From IMG/VR virus record IMGVR_UViG_3300042502_001710, positions 1-64,000 of that record: a stretch of 64,000 nucleotides of DNA; one strand, given 5' to 3'. Both the position numbers and the translations under genes were made by a program. Shown one piece after another: positions 17,101-26,551 of the stretch. The DNA comes from a virus. Within the stretch, counting starts at the first letter, position 1, and every line of letters starts with the position of its first letter. The notes beneath the pieces are model-generated. The model made no database searches and was not told the origin of the DNA. It saw nothing but the letters and a program-made list of their open reading frames with translations.

Positions 17101-19203
17101 GAAGATCTATCTCAAAGACGTGGAGCTTCTGCTTCTTATAATTTTGGAGCCTTGAAAGGTAATTTTAATCCATTCAGTGAAGCTTGGGAATGGAATTATA
17201 AACCAGAATCACAAGGCGGTTTTTTTGGATTCAATGTATTTGGAGTCAATATATCTGCATTGCAAGCCCTGAAAAACGGCGTTCCTTGGAGTGCTCTGCC
17301 TCCGGCTATTCAGCAAGGTTTGTGTCCAGTTGATACTACGAATCTACTCAGCGAAACTAGTCGTGTTCAACCCTATGTGAGGTTTAATCACAGTGAATTG
17401 TTAGACTTTACTGGGGTTAGCAGTGACAGCATTGTTCAGCAGGTTGTTGCTCAAGGTGGTCAATTTATTGCAGATGTTGTACAAGAATTGCCAAACCACA
17501 ATATAGATCAAAAAACAAGGTTTGAAGGTTTAGCGGCCACAGAAGCAGATCGCAATAAAAAAATACTACAACCGCCATCAATGGCTTTTGTCAAGTGTAG
17601 CCTTGAAGAAAAGCTATACATGCCTCCGAGACTCAAAGATTATTCGTTGACTCAATTCGCAAGAAACTATTCGTTTAACTTGTCTATTCCGGAACCAAAA
17701 TTCGTAGAAAGCGTTGATGCTAACGGATGCAGGGCGTCTAAATATATTTTTGAAGAAATCGTTCCATTGTTTTCCCTTCCTAAAGACGGGGGTGTGGATG
17801 GTACAGCTTCTCCTTGGGTTGATTTTAGCAGAACCTACAATGCAGATTTAGACAGTTGGATCATCGACACAGACACAGCACAATTAGACGACGAGCATGT
17901 GTATGCCTTGATCACTCTTCCCGGAAGAATAAAAAGCTCAGTAGACACAAGATGGAATGATGGTCAAAATCAAACCTATCAAGCAGCGCAGCTTAAACAT
18001 CTGATGACACAAGATACTGTACAAATTCCGGAATTTAATTTCCCAGCAATTCCAGTTCCGGGACCACCAAATTTAAGATGTGGCGCTCCACCATTGTCTA
18101 TACCAACTGGTCTTTCGGACTATTCTGCGAAACAGGCACAAGCAATTGGTAGGGCAAAAGATTATAATTTAGTTAATTTCGACACAGTGACTGGTATATT
18201 TGGATTAGATGAGGGTGAAATAGCATTTATACCCGGAAAAGTATCAGATTGGCTTAATTTATCGTTGGGAGAAATTTCATCAGCAAGATCAATTGCTAAA
18301 AAAATAGTAAAAGGAAGCATAGCAAACAATCCCAGTACTGCTATTAATTATATTCAACCGTCACCAGTTTATCCAGACTTGATAGCTTTACCGTTGATGT
18401 CTATGGAGAGATGTTATGGTCCGTGGATGTCAGCGAGCCAATTAAACCCAGAAGGGGATTCAAGAATTAAATATTCTGATATTGGCGGCAAGGTAGAATT
18501 TATCAAGAATGAAAACTTAGCTCCTTGGAACTATGCTGGTTATCAATTGATGAACGAGGCAGGTTCTTTAGAAGCTCAGTTTTCAAACAGTTTACTTTTG
18601 TTTAGTGAACGAGGAGGTTTTGTTTTTCCTGACGCTCCAACAGGTATAGCGTTAGCAAAAGCCTTACAAGCAGAAGGGCCGTTGATAACGTCTATAGGAA
18701 TAAATGTTTCTCAAGGAGGAGTAAAAACGACCGTCAAGTTGGATTTATACACAGCTCAATGGGGAAAATTAGCGAAACAAAAAGAGATGGCAATAAGTCA
18801 AATGGCCAGAGAAAGACAAAAACTCAGAGATGAACAAAACAGCGCCATAAGAAGAGGCTTAGGAAAACGCGCAACTAGCGCAGATTTGGTGAACACTGTG
18901 ATGAACGGTGGAGGAAAACAAATAATGGACTTGGTAAACAGTGTGACAAATCAAATTGAATCAAATAGGCAGTTTGGTGAAGAAATAAAAGAAGGAGTTG
19001 TAGCAGTTGGAAAAGATACAGGTGTTTCTTATTCTTCAGCGGCAGCGATAGCAAAGATACCCGGCTATGGTACTCAGCAGGTTTTAAATTCAACAGCAGT
19101 ATCATCTATGGGCGATGTACTTCAAGCCTATGCACAGGGACCAAACGCATCTTTGCCGTCAATGGAAATTCAACAAAACTTTTCTGACTTAAATTTTCTA
19201 TAA
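14104..19203 (+). CDS. Large tail/baseplate hub-like protein
   Basis: 1699 aa with RBS GGAGAGG. The N-terminal 'FDLSAGFGSSSSTMSVNLI...FGGILQSY...YAVQLTDPREIL' and C-terminal 'ITSIGINVSQGGVKTTVKL' resemble hub-protein beta-barrel ends. Internal coiled-coil segment. Confidence 0.45.
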   Translation: MSNLDNAYGIIPPSGEYGKDWPVHFNLPQGARGGISTGGWTADNLTIGNFGNEGFVQQTFLGASIIDFDLSAGFGSSSSTMSVNLINDEFNKSDSTTLGYGDDPYHNGEYDTFRPPVVGTPVFFKFGKNPATIDQAFRQTYDDLYGIETLPPKIANNAWGVPFPTSNWNPDDFYELEPYHFVDRQARLIQNRSALWDINTYWRGRSHFNFGGILQSYTQNKGNGGKPTYAVQLTDPREILSNVAVLLNDYQGTTFNNKNLINVYGFLEYDPSVQLLTRFSREGEAGIITKIVDNSGRVDYVGVLSNWNDVTGWEKINSSGNISQVTPSQRQWVSSDGSLTTEINSKPVLLKDEYFFEVNNSIVDPENLPRFFPITGQGFSRRSDKGMPFYRISQALSALFQYNGFMPQEYVQAGFGGSINFRGFNYVVDFGGIPTEKIPLLYYMDFSQIDLLSLAQELCDIISHELYVTLLPVIDHPSCEFLYNYNKNQISQGKSANIITGIIRLDAIDKTKQPKYGAIKSYLDNLESRGINVENQDVGYELSNVVTDKFVVGAQEVETYFFSTERDRDTLWTSNQANNTANITWLQQFQWDLRVQEQQQLLPYYGMIGNKAISIPRGFGSYQQILLDATSLNAHGVGSYYVATEMELRAALISYEKWKDFLLSYNDTYIEDISEHRAFLSTLSAGSEAIQAQSFAKITEAVGNLQNGVSKDEISIAIDALKGRQYAVTVPRCVWHSDKPVVTEDGYPASPCSPPFGYPLYYRRATSIGILEAGISSLVNAKTRLIKDTEHLQKGLESVEAPMLQLPRAIDHVAYLKSALDKLGPADDKERKALTEEISKAEQTIQNYKLLQYRLKAAGETVAYVQNIGNGPLGKFLFNIEKTAKKHEENAKKVYEFVKAIADECLGKKFLVRLPKSCNLGYSSTISTFTGTTTFNVKNGPFGFPPKPISSDPAAIGGVYYDINRLSGNIGSRLMELNELLNSDPSNLWYPYLQDYVSDEDLSQRRGASASYNFGALKGNFNPFSEAWEWNYKPESQGGFFGFNVFGVNISALQALKNGVPWSALPPAIQQGLCPVDTTNLLSETSRVQPYVRFNHSELLDFTGVSSDSIVQQVVAQGGQFIADVVQELPNHNIDQKTRFEGLAATEADRNKKILQPPSMAFVKCSLEEKLYMPPRLKDYSLTQFARNYSFNLSIPEPKFVESVDANGCRASKYIFEEIVPLFSLPKDGGVDGTASPWVDFSRTYNADLDSWIIDTDTAQLDDEHVYALITLPGRIKSSVDTRWNDGQNQTYQAAQLKHLMTQDTVQIPEFNFPAIPVPGPPNLRCGAPPLSIPTGLSDYSAKQAQAIGRAKDYNLVNFDTVTGIFGLDEGEIAFIPGKVSDWLNLSLGEISSARSIAKKIVKGSIANNPSTAINYIQPSPVYPDLIALPLMSMERCYGPWMSASQLNPEGDSRIKYSDIGGKVEFIKNENLAPWNYAGYQLMNEAGSLEAQFSNSLLLFSERGGFVFPDAPTGIALAKALQAEGPLITSIGINVSQGGVKTTVKLDLYTAQWGKLAKQKEMAISQMARERQKLRDEQNSAIRRGLGKRATSADLVNTVMNGGGKQIMDLVNSVTNQIESNRQFGEEIKEGVVAVGKDTGVSYSSAAAIAKIPGYGTQQVLNSTAVSSMGDVLQAYAQGPNASLPSMEIQQNFSDLNFL

Positions 19204-19232
19204 TGTAACGATGGACTCAAAAGGAGGAACAT

Positions 19233-22200
19233 ATGATACAGCAAAATAAAGGTGATATTCATTTATTTACTACAAATCACCCTTGGTTTTTAGAAATAGG
19301 ACTCAGTAGTTTCACAACGGGCACGCTCATCGATTGGTGGAATCAAAAAACCGCTGATGGTAGATATCTCAACAGAAGACATATAAACCAACCAGCAACC
19401 TTGTCGGACCCTTTAGATAATCCAGCCAACGGCTTAGATAAACTTTTAGGTATAACTATAGGTACTGAATTTTTCTGGGATGGATGGAAACCAAACAGAG
19501 AAATACCAAATGCTGGAAGATTTAAAAAACAGAATTTAAGAGGAGCTTCAGGTAACGATGGAGGACTACCTGCCGATAAATGGGAATATAAAGGAAAAAA
19601 TATAAATAATGCATTGAAAATGACTGAATTAAAAGATGAAGATATATTGTATGCGATGGATTTAAGTGGAAACACTTTAGTGCCGCATGTCAAAGTTTCG
19701 GACGGCAGCGATAATGACCCATCTACACTTTTAAAAGTCATAAATCCGTTATATGGTTTGATTCAATTAAACAAATGGATGGTTATGTATCAGAATTATT
19801 TTCCAAGAAAACTATGGGACAATAGTTTTATAAATCTCATTCCAGACTGGGCACTGCTCACTGAAATAAAATGTAGCAAGGCAGGTCCATACCTTCAATG
19901 GAGCGGACCTGTAACCTTTTATGTTGACAATGGCGTTTTCGATAAATGCAGCATAACGGAAAATGTATTTTTCAAGCTTTATCTTGGCAATGAGTCAATG
20001 ATGAAATCTGGAAACAACGCTATTACCATTAAAAATTTAACTATCGTCGGTCCAAAGGTTAATGCAATTGGAGTTACTCCAGACGGCAATGGTGACAGGT
20101 CCATTCCAAACCCAAACGACACCAGCTCTCAGACCGCTGCTCCCCTAGACGTTCAAATCAATCCAGTCACAGGAAAATGGCAAAGTGGAAATAAAAACAT
20201 TTTAGCTAGATTAACAACACGTTTAGATAAAGCTCCCAATGGACCATCTAATGCGCATCTAGCAGTCAATGACATTGCTGGAGATTTTGCAGATGAAAAA
20301 AATACGTATTCATTTACACCTTCCAGTGGTCTTGCGATGCCTATTACCTCTCAAAACTTGGGGGGATTACAATTGGCTCCTACTTACGAAATGACAAGAG
20401 AAGCTAGATGCTCATCAACGGCAGCTACAGAGGAGAAAAACAAAAAAATAACAGTAACAGTATACAATTTCAATCCTGTAAGAGAATATAAGGATGGAGA
20501 AACGGTTCTGCTTACAGAAATGGATGGGAGATGGTATGTTAGTTCATTGGGTGAAGCAAACGCCGCGACAACAGATGTGGCGAAAACTTCTGTTGGAAAA
20601 TGGGGTGCTTTTACATACATGGCAACATCCAGTGAGTTTTTCTTTAAAGCAAAAAAAGCTGATGCTACTCCGGTAAGTGTAACGCCAAGAAGTGCAGAAT
20701 TAAATTTTCATAAATTGTATTATAAAAGCAGGCTCTCCCCTGATTACGGTCTTAACTATAATATAGACTATGGAGCCTCTGGAGGGTATGATTCTGCACC
20801 TTTCAATACCTTAACTCATGAACAGTGGTTCGACGATCCGGGATGGTTTCAAACAACATCTTTTGATTATCTAGATAGTCAAATTTTTGGAATCAGAAAT
20901 AAAAATGGCAGTCTAGGTCCAAACGGAGATAAATGTTCTATTTCAAGCACTTCTGCGACCATAAATGCTGCTGGCAACTCTATTTTCAACAGTGATCCTG
21001 CAAGTAGAAATTCTGCTCATACTGGTACATTTTTTGGATGCGTATTTCCAGCAGGATATAATGGAACCGAAGTTTATGACCAAGCGGAAGGAGTTAGAGC
21101 TTGGACAGTTGGTTCTCAAGTCAAAGGATCATTAGATGCAGCTAATTATTTTACAACCAAGAACATCAATATAAACCCATTTGATCCTAATCCAGCTAGA
21201 AACAATTCTAATGCGAAATGTCAAGCCACAGAAGGAGGAAACTTTAGAAATCCTCCTACAGACGGCGACGGAGGCGGTAACAAATGGGCAAGAGGAACCT
21301 CGACACCTGACGCTAGCTTGTTTTTCTTGGGTGTTAATGAAGGAAGAAAAACAATACCAGCAGATGTTATGTTGAATGCATCACCAAATGGGGTATATGG
21401 TAGCCCAATAAAGCCAATTGGTCTTTTTAATTTCATGAATAAGAAAGTTGATCATACAACAGTGAATATTGTCAACTTGGTTACTGGAGGAGTTTGGTTA
21501 AATAAAGCTCCAACCACAGACACACCACCGGCAAATCCAAATGATAGTGCGTTTGATTTTCCTCCAAAGCAAAATGATAATTTAATGTTTAGACCCTTGA
21601 AACTGGAAGCATATCTTCAGTTTGGGTTGCCCCAAACGTTTATTACATATGGAAGTGAAATCGGCTTTGCCGCAAATCTATATATGGGTAGTGTTCAAAG
21701 AGAAGTGGGTGGTTTTTATGCCGAAGCAGCCAGAACTCAAGTAGATAAAACCTTTCCTATATCATATTTTGCCGCAGAGCGTGAAAAAGATAATTGTCTT
21801 TCTAATCGTGTGGCCCCAGAAGTTGGCGCAGCTTTAAAATGGGGTGGTTGGGTTCCAAATCCACCAACTTCGCGTAAAACAAGCTATGGTAGTAGACTTC
21901 ACAAAGCAGGATATTGGAATACATCGCTTGGTGGTGGAGGAATGAATTGGACAACCAAACTGAGAGGTGCTTATCAGACAGATCCAGAATCCAATTGGGA
22001 GGGTGCTGCAGCATTTGGAGTTATAACAACAAGCACTAAAGTTAAAGCAAACGAATCGATAAAATTTACAACCTCAAATTTATACGGAATGTCTGCCGCA
22101 GGCGGACCCGGTCCAATCCAGACTTCTTTTGGATTATTACCACAAGATCAAGAAAAGACTTGGGGGGTTAGTAATTTCGTGGACAGTTACAAGCAGGCTC

Positions 22201-23369
22201 ATATCATAGATTTGAGTGTGAGGATCTATCAAGGTCACGACTCTTCGTCCACTGTGTATGACCCAAGATACTTTGCTGTTCACCATTTTAATCCGGGTGT
22301 AGAATCTCTTGACAATGAGGACAGAAATCCGTTATCAGTAAATTTTAACAATTTAAAAACAAATTTTGGAGCAAACGGCGTAGATTTAGATAGTGTAACC
22401 TATACTTATGAAGAAGCTAGCGGTGTGGACATTAAAATTCCTTCTAGATATCAAGATGCTCATACAGAGGGATCTACAAAAGAACCAGTAACATTGCTTA
22501 CTGGAACTTTTGTTTTTGAAGATGCAACGTATGATTATGATTCAAAAAAACCACCAATCATGTCATCGCAATACTGGAATTTAGAAAAACAAAGAACAGG
22601 GAAATTATTACCTTACCGTTATGAATTCTTGACAATGACTATTCCAGCGGACATTGGAGAGACTATAGTTATTGATCGCATAGTTGATGAAGTTGTTTCT
22701 GTTGATCTAGTTACTAGAAATGTTCGAGATAAATTAATTGTAACAAATCGTGGTGTCGGTTATAATGCTGGAGATACTGTTGGTATTCAGGCATTAAACA
22801 TAGAGTTAAAAGTACTAACTACTGCCCCAAATGGGTCAATATTAACTTTACTAGTATTAAATAACGGGGAAAATCTTCCATTATCATTTTGTATGCCTAA
22901 TTCGATTACAATCGGAAGTTTAAAACCTAAGCATAAAGTAACAACAATCGCACTGATAGCGGGTTCTACAGGAAAAGATTTTGATGCATATTTTGTATGC
23001 GCTGAGGTGAGAAAAAAAACAAAGTGTGATCCCAAGCCATTTCTCATAAAGCAAGGTGGAAACGAAATTGTTAGAATTGCAGCAAATTTTGCTGGTCCAA
23101 CTCACAAAGAGACGGGTAGGTCAACAGAAGCTGAGGCAGAATCTTATATAAACCAACCCGGCGAAGCTACATTTGATTTAAGTGTTGGAAATGTAAAATC
23201 AGCAGATTCAACCTATGACATATTTTTCCATTTTCATAACGATATCACCATGACTTGGTTGGCTTGTGGGGCAGTACAAGGTGAAAATGGACAGCCCCAT
23301 GGAGACTCTAAGAATCCCGCAGAATCTGAAGAGCAACACGTCACAATAGAAAGTATTAAGTTAACATAA
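19233..23369 (+). CDS. Large virion protein (tail spike/fibre-like)
   Basis: 1378 aa with strong RBS AAGGAGG. Gly/Asn/Thr/Pro-rich, with a 'VTNRGVGYNAGDTV...ILTLLVLNNG' motif typical of phage tail/baseplate proteins. Confidence 0.5.
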   Translation: MIQQNKGDIHLFTTNHPWFLEIGLSSFTTGTLIDWWNQKTADGRYLNRRHINQPATLSDPLDNPANGLDKLLGITIGTEFFWDGWKPNREIPNAGRFKKQNLRGASGNDGGLPADKWEYKGKNINNALKMTELKDEDILYAMDLSGNTLVPHVKVSDGSDNDPSTLLKVINPLYGLIQLNKWMVMYQNYFPRKLWDNSFINLIPDWALLTEIKCSKAGPYLQWSGPVTFYVDNGVFDKCSITENVFFKLYLGNESMMKSGNNAITIKNLTIVGPKVNAIGVTPDGNGDRSIPNPNDTSSQTAAPLDVQINPVTGKWQSGNKNILARLTTRLDKAPNGPSNAHLAVNDIAGDFADEKNTYSFTPSSGLAMPITSQNLGGLQLAPTYEMTREARCSSTAATEEKNKKITVTVYNFNPVREYKDGETVLLTEMDGRWYVSSLGEANAATTDVAKTSVGKWGAFTYMATSSEFFFKAKKADATPVSVTPRSAELNFHKLYYKSRLSPDYGLNYNIDYGASGGYDSAPFNTLTHEQWFDDPGWFQTTSFDYLDSQIFGIRNKNGSLGPNGDKCSISSTSATINAAGNSIFNSDPASRNSAHTGTFFGCVFPAGYNGTEVYDQAEGVRAWTVGSQVKGSLDAANYFTTKNININPFDPNPARNNSNAKCQATEGGNFRNPPTDGDGGGNKWARGTSTPDASLFFLGVNEGRKTIPADVMLNASPNGVYGSPIKPIGLFNFMNKKVDHTTVNIVNLVTGGVWLNKAPTTDTPPANPNDSAFDFPPKQNDNLMFRPLKLEAYLQFGLPQTFITYGSEIGFAANLYMGSVQREVGGFYAEAARTQVDKTFPISYFAAEREKDNCLSNRVAPEVGAALKWGGWVPNPPTSRKTSYGSRLHKAGYWNTSLGGGGMNWTTKLRGAYQTDPESNWEGAAAFGVITTSTKVKANESIKFTTSNLYGMSAAGGPGPIQTSFGLLPQDQEKTWGVSNFVDSYKQAHIIDLSVRIYQGHDSSSTVYDPRYFAVHHFNPGVESLDNEDRNPLSVNFNNLKTNFGANGVDLDSVTYTYEEASGVDIKIPSRYQDAHTEGSTKEPVTLLTGTFVFEDATYDYDSKKPPIMSSQYWNLEKQRTGKLLPYRYEFLTMTIPADIGETIVIDRIVDEVVSVDLVTRNVRDKLIVTNRGVGYNAGDTVGIQALNIELKVLTTAPNGSILTLLVLNNGENLPLSFCMPNSITIGSLKPKHKVTTIALIAGSTGKDFDAYFVCAEVRKKTKCDPKPFLIKQGGNEIVRIAANFAGPTHKETGRSTEAEAESYINQPGEATFDLSVGNVKSADSTYDIFFHFHNDITMTWLACGAVQGENGQPHGDSKNPAESEEQHVTIESIKLT

Positions 23370-23379
23370 ACGATATTTT

Positions 23380-23400
23380 TGTGTATAATAGTGTATAAAT
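23380..23400 (+). promoter_or_regulatory. Candidate promoter, tandem GTGTATAATA/GTGTATAAAT
   Basis: Intergenic near-tandem 10-mer containing TATAAT and TATAAAT, 25-45 nt upstream of ATG 23425 (RBS AAAGGGAG). Confidence 0.5.
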
Positions 23401-23424
23401 CCAATCTTTAAAAGGGAGATTATA

Positions 23425-24177
23425 ATGGCAACAATTACATTTCATGCTAACAATGAGAATATTTACCATGAAGGCACTGGGAATCAGCCAGACTTGATCG
23501 GAAGCACTGGTGGATCTGGTTTGGGCTTTTTTGGTGGTGGTTTTGGTATTTCTGTGCCTGTGGGTCAGTACCAAGACGCTACATACGTCACGAATGCGAA
23601 CGGAACGGCTTCTGGCATCAAGTGTTCCAACGTTAAATACAATACGGATACCACAGCTTATATTCAGGGCGAAGGAGTAACAACTCCCACTTCTGGCATT
23701 CCAAACATAGCTGCTCCGCTCAATATCCGTTTTGAACACACGGAAGGGGTTCGAGTACAAAATTGTAAGCTGAGAATCTTTGACAGACAAGATATCAGCA
23801 AACATGCCAGCGGCGTTGTCACTCAGGTTTACGAAATAAGACACCCAAATCCAGTTATTGGTACTGATGTTGCAAATGGCGTTGCTCCTCTTAAGTTCAG
23901 AGGCGTGGCACTGGACAATGAATGGACACAATTTTCTGCTGGTTTTGCTATGGCAGATCTTCCACTCACTTCTGGTCCCGGTCCTAGTGGTTTGAACACA
24001 AGCTCTGACGACACCATTGCGGCCATAGGGACGAACGGTTATACCAACTGGATCTCTAAGTCTGGAGAGGCTTGCAGGTCAAAAAGACACGACTGGTATC
24101 TTGCTTTGAGCGCTTCTCCGGGAAGCATAGGCAGCAAAACGGATTTTGGTCTTTATTTCACTTTAGAATATTTGTGA
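23425..24177 (+). CDS. Probable abundant structural protein
   Basis: 250 aa, Gly/Ser/Thr-rich. It has its own promoter-like motif and RBS and is followed by a terminator. Confidence 0.5.
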   Translation: MATITFHANNENIYHEGTGNQPDLIGSTGGSGLGFFGGGFGISVPVGQYQDATYVTNANGTASGIKCSNVKYNTDTTAYIQGEGVTTPTSGIPNIAAPLNIRFEHTEGVRVQNCKLRIFDRQDISKHASGVVTQVYEIRHPNPVIGTDVANGVAPLKFRGVALDNEWTQFSAGFAMADLPLTSGPGPSGLNTSSDDTIAAIGTNGYTNWISKSGEACRSKRHDWYLALSASPGSIGSKTDFGLYFTLEYL

Positions 24178-24194
24178 TATAAAACGCTACATAT

Positions 24195-24234
24195 CAAAAA
24201 TTAAGGGGTGGCTTTTGGCCACCCCTTTTTATTT
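24195..24234. terminator. Intrinsic terminator, probably bidirectional, between the convergent arms
   Basis: Perfect 10-bp stem AAGGGGTGGC (24203-24212) / GCCACCCCTT (24218-24227) with loop TTTTG. T-run to the right and A-run to the left. Confidence 0.85.
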
Positions 24235-24251
24235 AGACGCCAACCAGCGTC

Positions 24252-24584
24252 TTATTCGTTTTGTTCAGTCTTGGGATTCCACTTTACCCAACCTGCATCG
24301 GGAAGCCAGTTTTCCCCTTCCTTGCGCTTTGGAAACAATCCTCCACCCTTCTTGTGAGATCCAAAGGATAGTCGAGAGGCACACTTGTGGCAACGCTTCT
24401 CGTAATAAAGATTGTCGTCAACATTTCTCACCACGTAACGAACATCTGTAGAATGACATTTTCCACATCCAGCTTCTTCAAACACTTCTTGGAATCTGGA
24501 CAATTGCTCGAATAGCTCTCTTTGAGATTCTCCTTCGAGTTCCACGTTTAGTCTACCATCACCAGTTTGATATCTTACCTTCAT
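24252..24584 (-). CDS. Zinc-ribbon protein
   Basis: 110 aa with CGKC...CHKC. Confidence 0.6.
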   Translation of the reverse strand: MKVRYQTGDGRLNVELEGESQRELFEQLSRFQEVFEEAGCGKCHSTDVRYVVRNVDDNLYYEKRCHKCASRLSFGSHKKGGGLFPKRKEGENWLPDAGWVKWNPKTEQNE

Positions 24585-25348
24585 CAGTTCCTCCAGTCGG
24601 ATTCATAAGCAGTTATAGAGCTTGGAATTGAATCCTTGTTTTGTTGAAATTCATTAAGCTTGTTGATTGCAGTGCTTGCCTGCCCCTTGTTTACACTACG
24701 TTTTACGTTGAGATCAAAAACCTCCTTAAAGAATTTAATAACGTTTAAATCCAATTGCTTGCACTTGACATCAACAAAGTTCGCCTGTGAATCAGTCATT
24801 CTTTGTGAGTTGTCGTACTCGCCTTCAGTTGTGACGCTTTTAGTTTGACTAATACTACGAGTGATACCAGCGGTATTCTTCTTTGTCATTTCTTCTGCCG
24901 CTACAATCTTTAGCCTGAGGGCTTTTCTCAAAGCTCTGCCTTCCGCTCGTGTAGCTGCTGTAGCCGTGTTGAAGACGCAGAAGGCATCGTCCGTGTTTCC
25001 TTCCCAGCAATCGGCCACATCGCTAAACAAAGAGCCATCAATAAACACGACCTCCCAAACCACAGTTGCTCTTCCGATTTGATCGCCAGAAGCAGGAGGA
25101 AAAACTTGAGTTGGTCTGCTGCTGACGATTCTTCCGAGCAACAGCTCTGCAACCCTTCTCAATCCAGAGCACAAAGGTCTTCCTTCATACAATTCTGTTG
25201 GATCGAAAAGCTTCATAACATAATCACTCCACTGTGGATCTGTCATTTCTGGTCCATCCATCATAAACCTGTCCTTTACGCTAGTGTCAACATTCTGTGG
25301 TGTTTGTAAAAAAACGTCCTCAAATAAATCTTTTTCTTTGTCCAACAT
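24584..25348 (-). CDS. Putative single-strand annealing/recombination protein (Rad52/Sak/RecT-like)
   Basis: Motifs 'GLRRVAELL' and 'ATAATRAEGRALRKAL'. Small C-terminal helical module 'MTDSQANFV...KGQASTAINKL'. Confidence 0.45.
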   Translation of the reverse strand: MLDKEKDLFEDVFLQTPQNVDTSVKDRFMMDGPEMTDPQWSDYVMKLFDPTELYEGRPLCSGLRRVAELLLGRIVSSRPTQVFPPASGDQIGRATVVWEVVFIDGSLFSDVADCWEGNTDDAFCVFNTATAATRAEGRALRKALRLKIVAAEEMTKKNTAGITRSISQTKSVTTEGEYDNSQRMTDSQANFVDVKCKQLDLNVIKFFKEVFDLNVKRSVNKGQASTAINKLNEFQQNKDSIPSSITAYESDWRN

Positions 25349-26112
25349 TATTCAACCTCAATAAAACGTTTAGATCTTGGCGGAAACTGATCCTTGATTT
25401 TTAAAACCTCTTCGAGAAGAGACTTCAATATTTCTTGTCGTTTGGCCAAAGATTCCTGTCCCAGTGATTTTACTCGTATCACTACATATCCTTTGCTCAA
25501 CAGTGCTCCGCTCTTTCGAAGGTCAGCATTCACTTGCTTTTGAAGCTTTTCTTCGCCCCAGATTGGCAAAAAGTGGCTCGGCCCATCCACCTCTATGATA
25601 GTCTTCAATTCCTGAATATACAAATCAATTTCCAAGTTTTCAGCGGGAATAATCATTTGGTGCAATTTAATTGAAAAACCCGCCATCATCAATCTTTCAG
25701 CAATGAACTTCTCAAGCTTAGAGCCTTCTGTGGCTGCATTTCTGATTGCTGCAATACCTTTGGATCGCATATTTTCCTTGGCTTCATCAGACATGTTTTT
25801 CCAATTGTCTTTTGCTTGATTGATTCTCTTTTCCCTTTGGTTTTCACTCATTTCTTCCCAATAATTAACAAGACTTTTACTGATCGCTATTTTCTCGGCT
25901 TCAGTTCTTTTCTTGCCTTCTGTTGGATGAGCACTGCGACCGTTTCCTAAAGCGGTCTTTTGAGCTTCACTTTTATCCTTTAATTGATATCCGTGACGAA
26001 TCAGGGTTCTTCTTATTTTATTTGGATATGTGTTAAGCTGTACGGCTATTTCATAAGTACTTTGATTTGCATTGTTGTACAAATCTATAATTTTTTGATC
26101 AAGATCATTCAT
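25348..26112 (-). CDS. Vsr/DUF559-like endonuclease with HTH and NUMOD3-like repeats (homing-endonuclease-like)
   Basis: N-terminal HTH 'STYEIAVQLNTYPNKIRRTL'. 'HPTEGKKRTEAEKIAISKSL' is NUMOD3-like. Nuclease core 'EIDLYIQELKTIIEVDGPSHF'. Confidence 0.7.
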   Translation of the reverse strand: MNDLDQKIIDLYNNANQSTYEIAVQLNTYPNKIRRTLIRHGYQLKDKSEAQKTALGNGRSAHPTEGKKRTEAEKIAISKSLVNYWEEMSENQREKRINQAKDNWKNMSDEAKENMRSKGIAAIRNAATEGSKLEKFIAERLMMAGFSIKLHQMIIPAENLEIDLYIQELKTIIEVDGPSHFLPIWGEEKLQKQVNADLRKSGALLSKGYVVIRVKSLGQESLAKRQEILKSLLEEVLKIKDQFPPRSKRFIEVE

Positions 26113-26551
26113 TGAAAACCTCGCTCAGTGTAGGCACTGACCATTCTTGCATCAAGATTGGTTTTACTCCTGTTAGTCTATAAAAAGTGTTTTGATCAAC
26201 CTCGTTGTCCACCAAAACTTTATAAGATTTTGATATACTAACAAAGTCGAAGATATTGTTTTCAACAGGATCGCTTGAGCTAAAAAGATATGCGACCTTG
26301 ATAGCGTTGACGATAGAAACCGCTTTTCTTAAATTCTCTACAGACGTGCAGATCAAATTACCCTTGAAGCTCCAGATATCTGCTCCATCAAACATACCAA
26401 ACTTTGGATTCACTGGATTGAAGCCAACGTCATTGAAGAAAACGCTTGCGTCTCGTAAAGCATGATCACCAATAGCTTCATTTAGAAACTTATAGATCTT
26501 GGTGTTTTGTGGAGTTCCGCAATTGTTCTGAATAAAAAAGCCTAAGTTCAT
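26105..26551 (-). CDS. Hypothetical protein at the end of the glycosylation cluster
   Basis: Likely start MNLGFF at 26551 (ATGA overlap with the fcl stop). Alpha/beta pattern. Confidence 0.55.
   Translation of the reverse strand: MNLGFFIQNNCGTPQNTKIYKFLNEAIGDHALRDASVFFNDVGFNPVNPKFGMFDGADIWSFKGNLICTSVENLRKAVSIVNAIKVAYLFSSSDPVENNIFDFVSISKSYKVLVDNEVDQNTFYRLTGVKPILMQEWSVPTLSEVFNE

Noticed and set aside
23356-23931. 191-aa minus-strand ORF
   Set aside because: It is an antisense shadow of the 250-aa + strand gene, which has an RBS, a promoter motif and a terminator.
24178-24251. tRNA or structured ncRNA in the convergent intergenic gap
   Set aside because: There is only a single hairpin with A/T tails, which a terminator explains.
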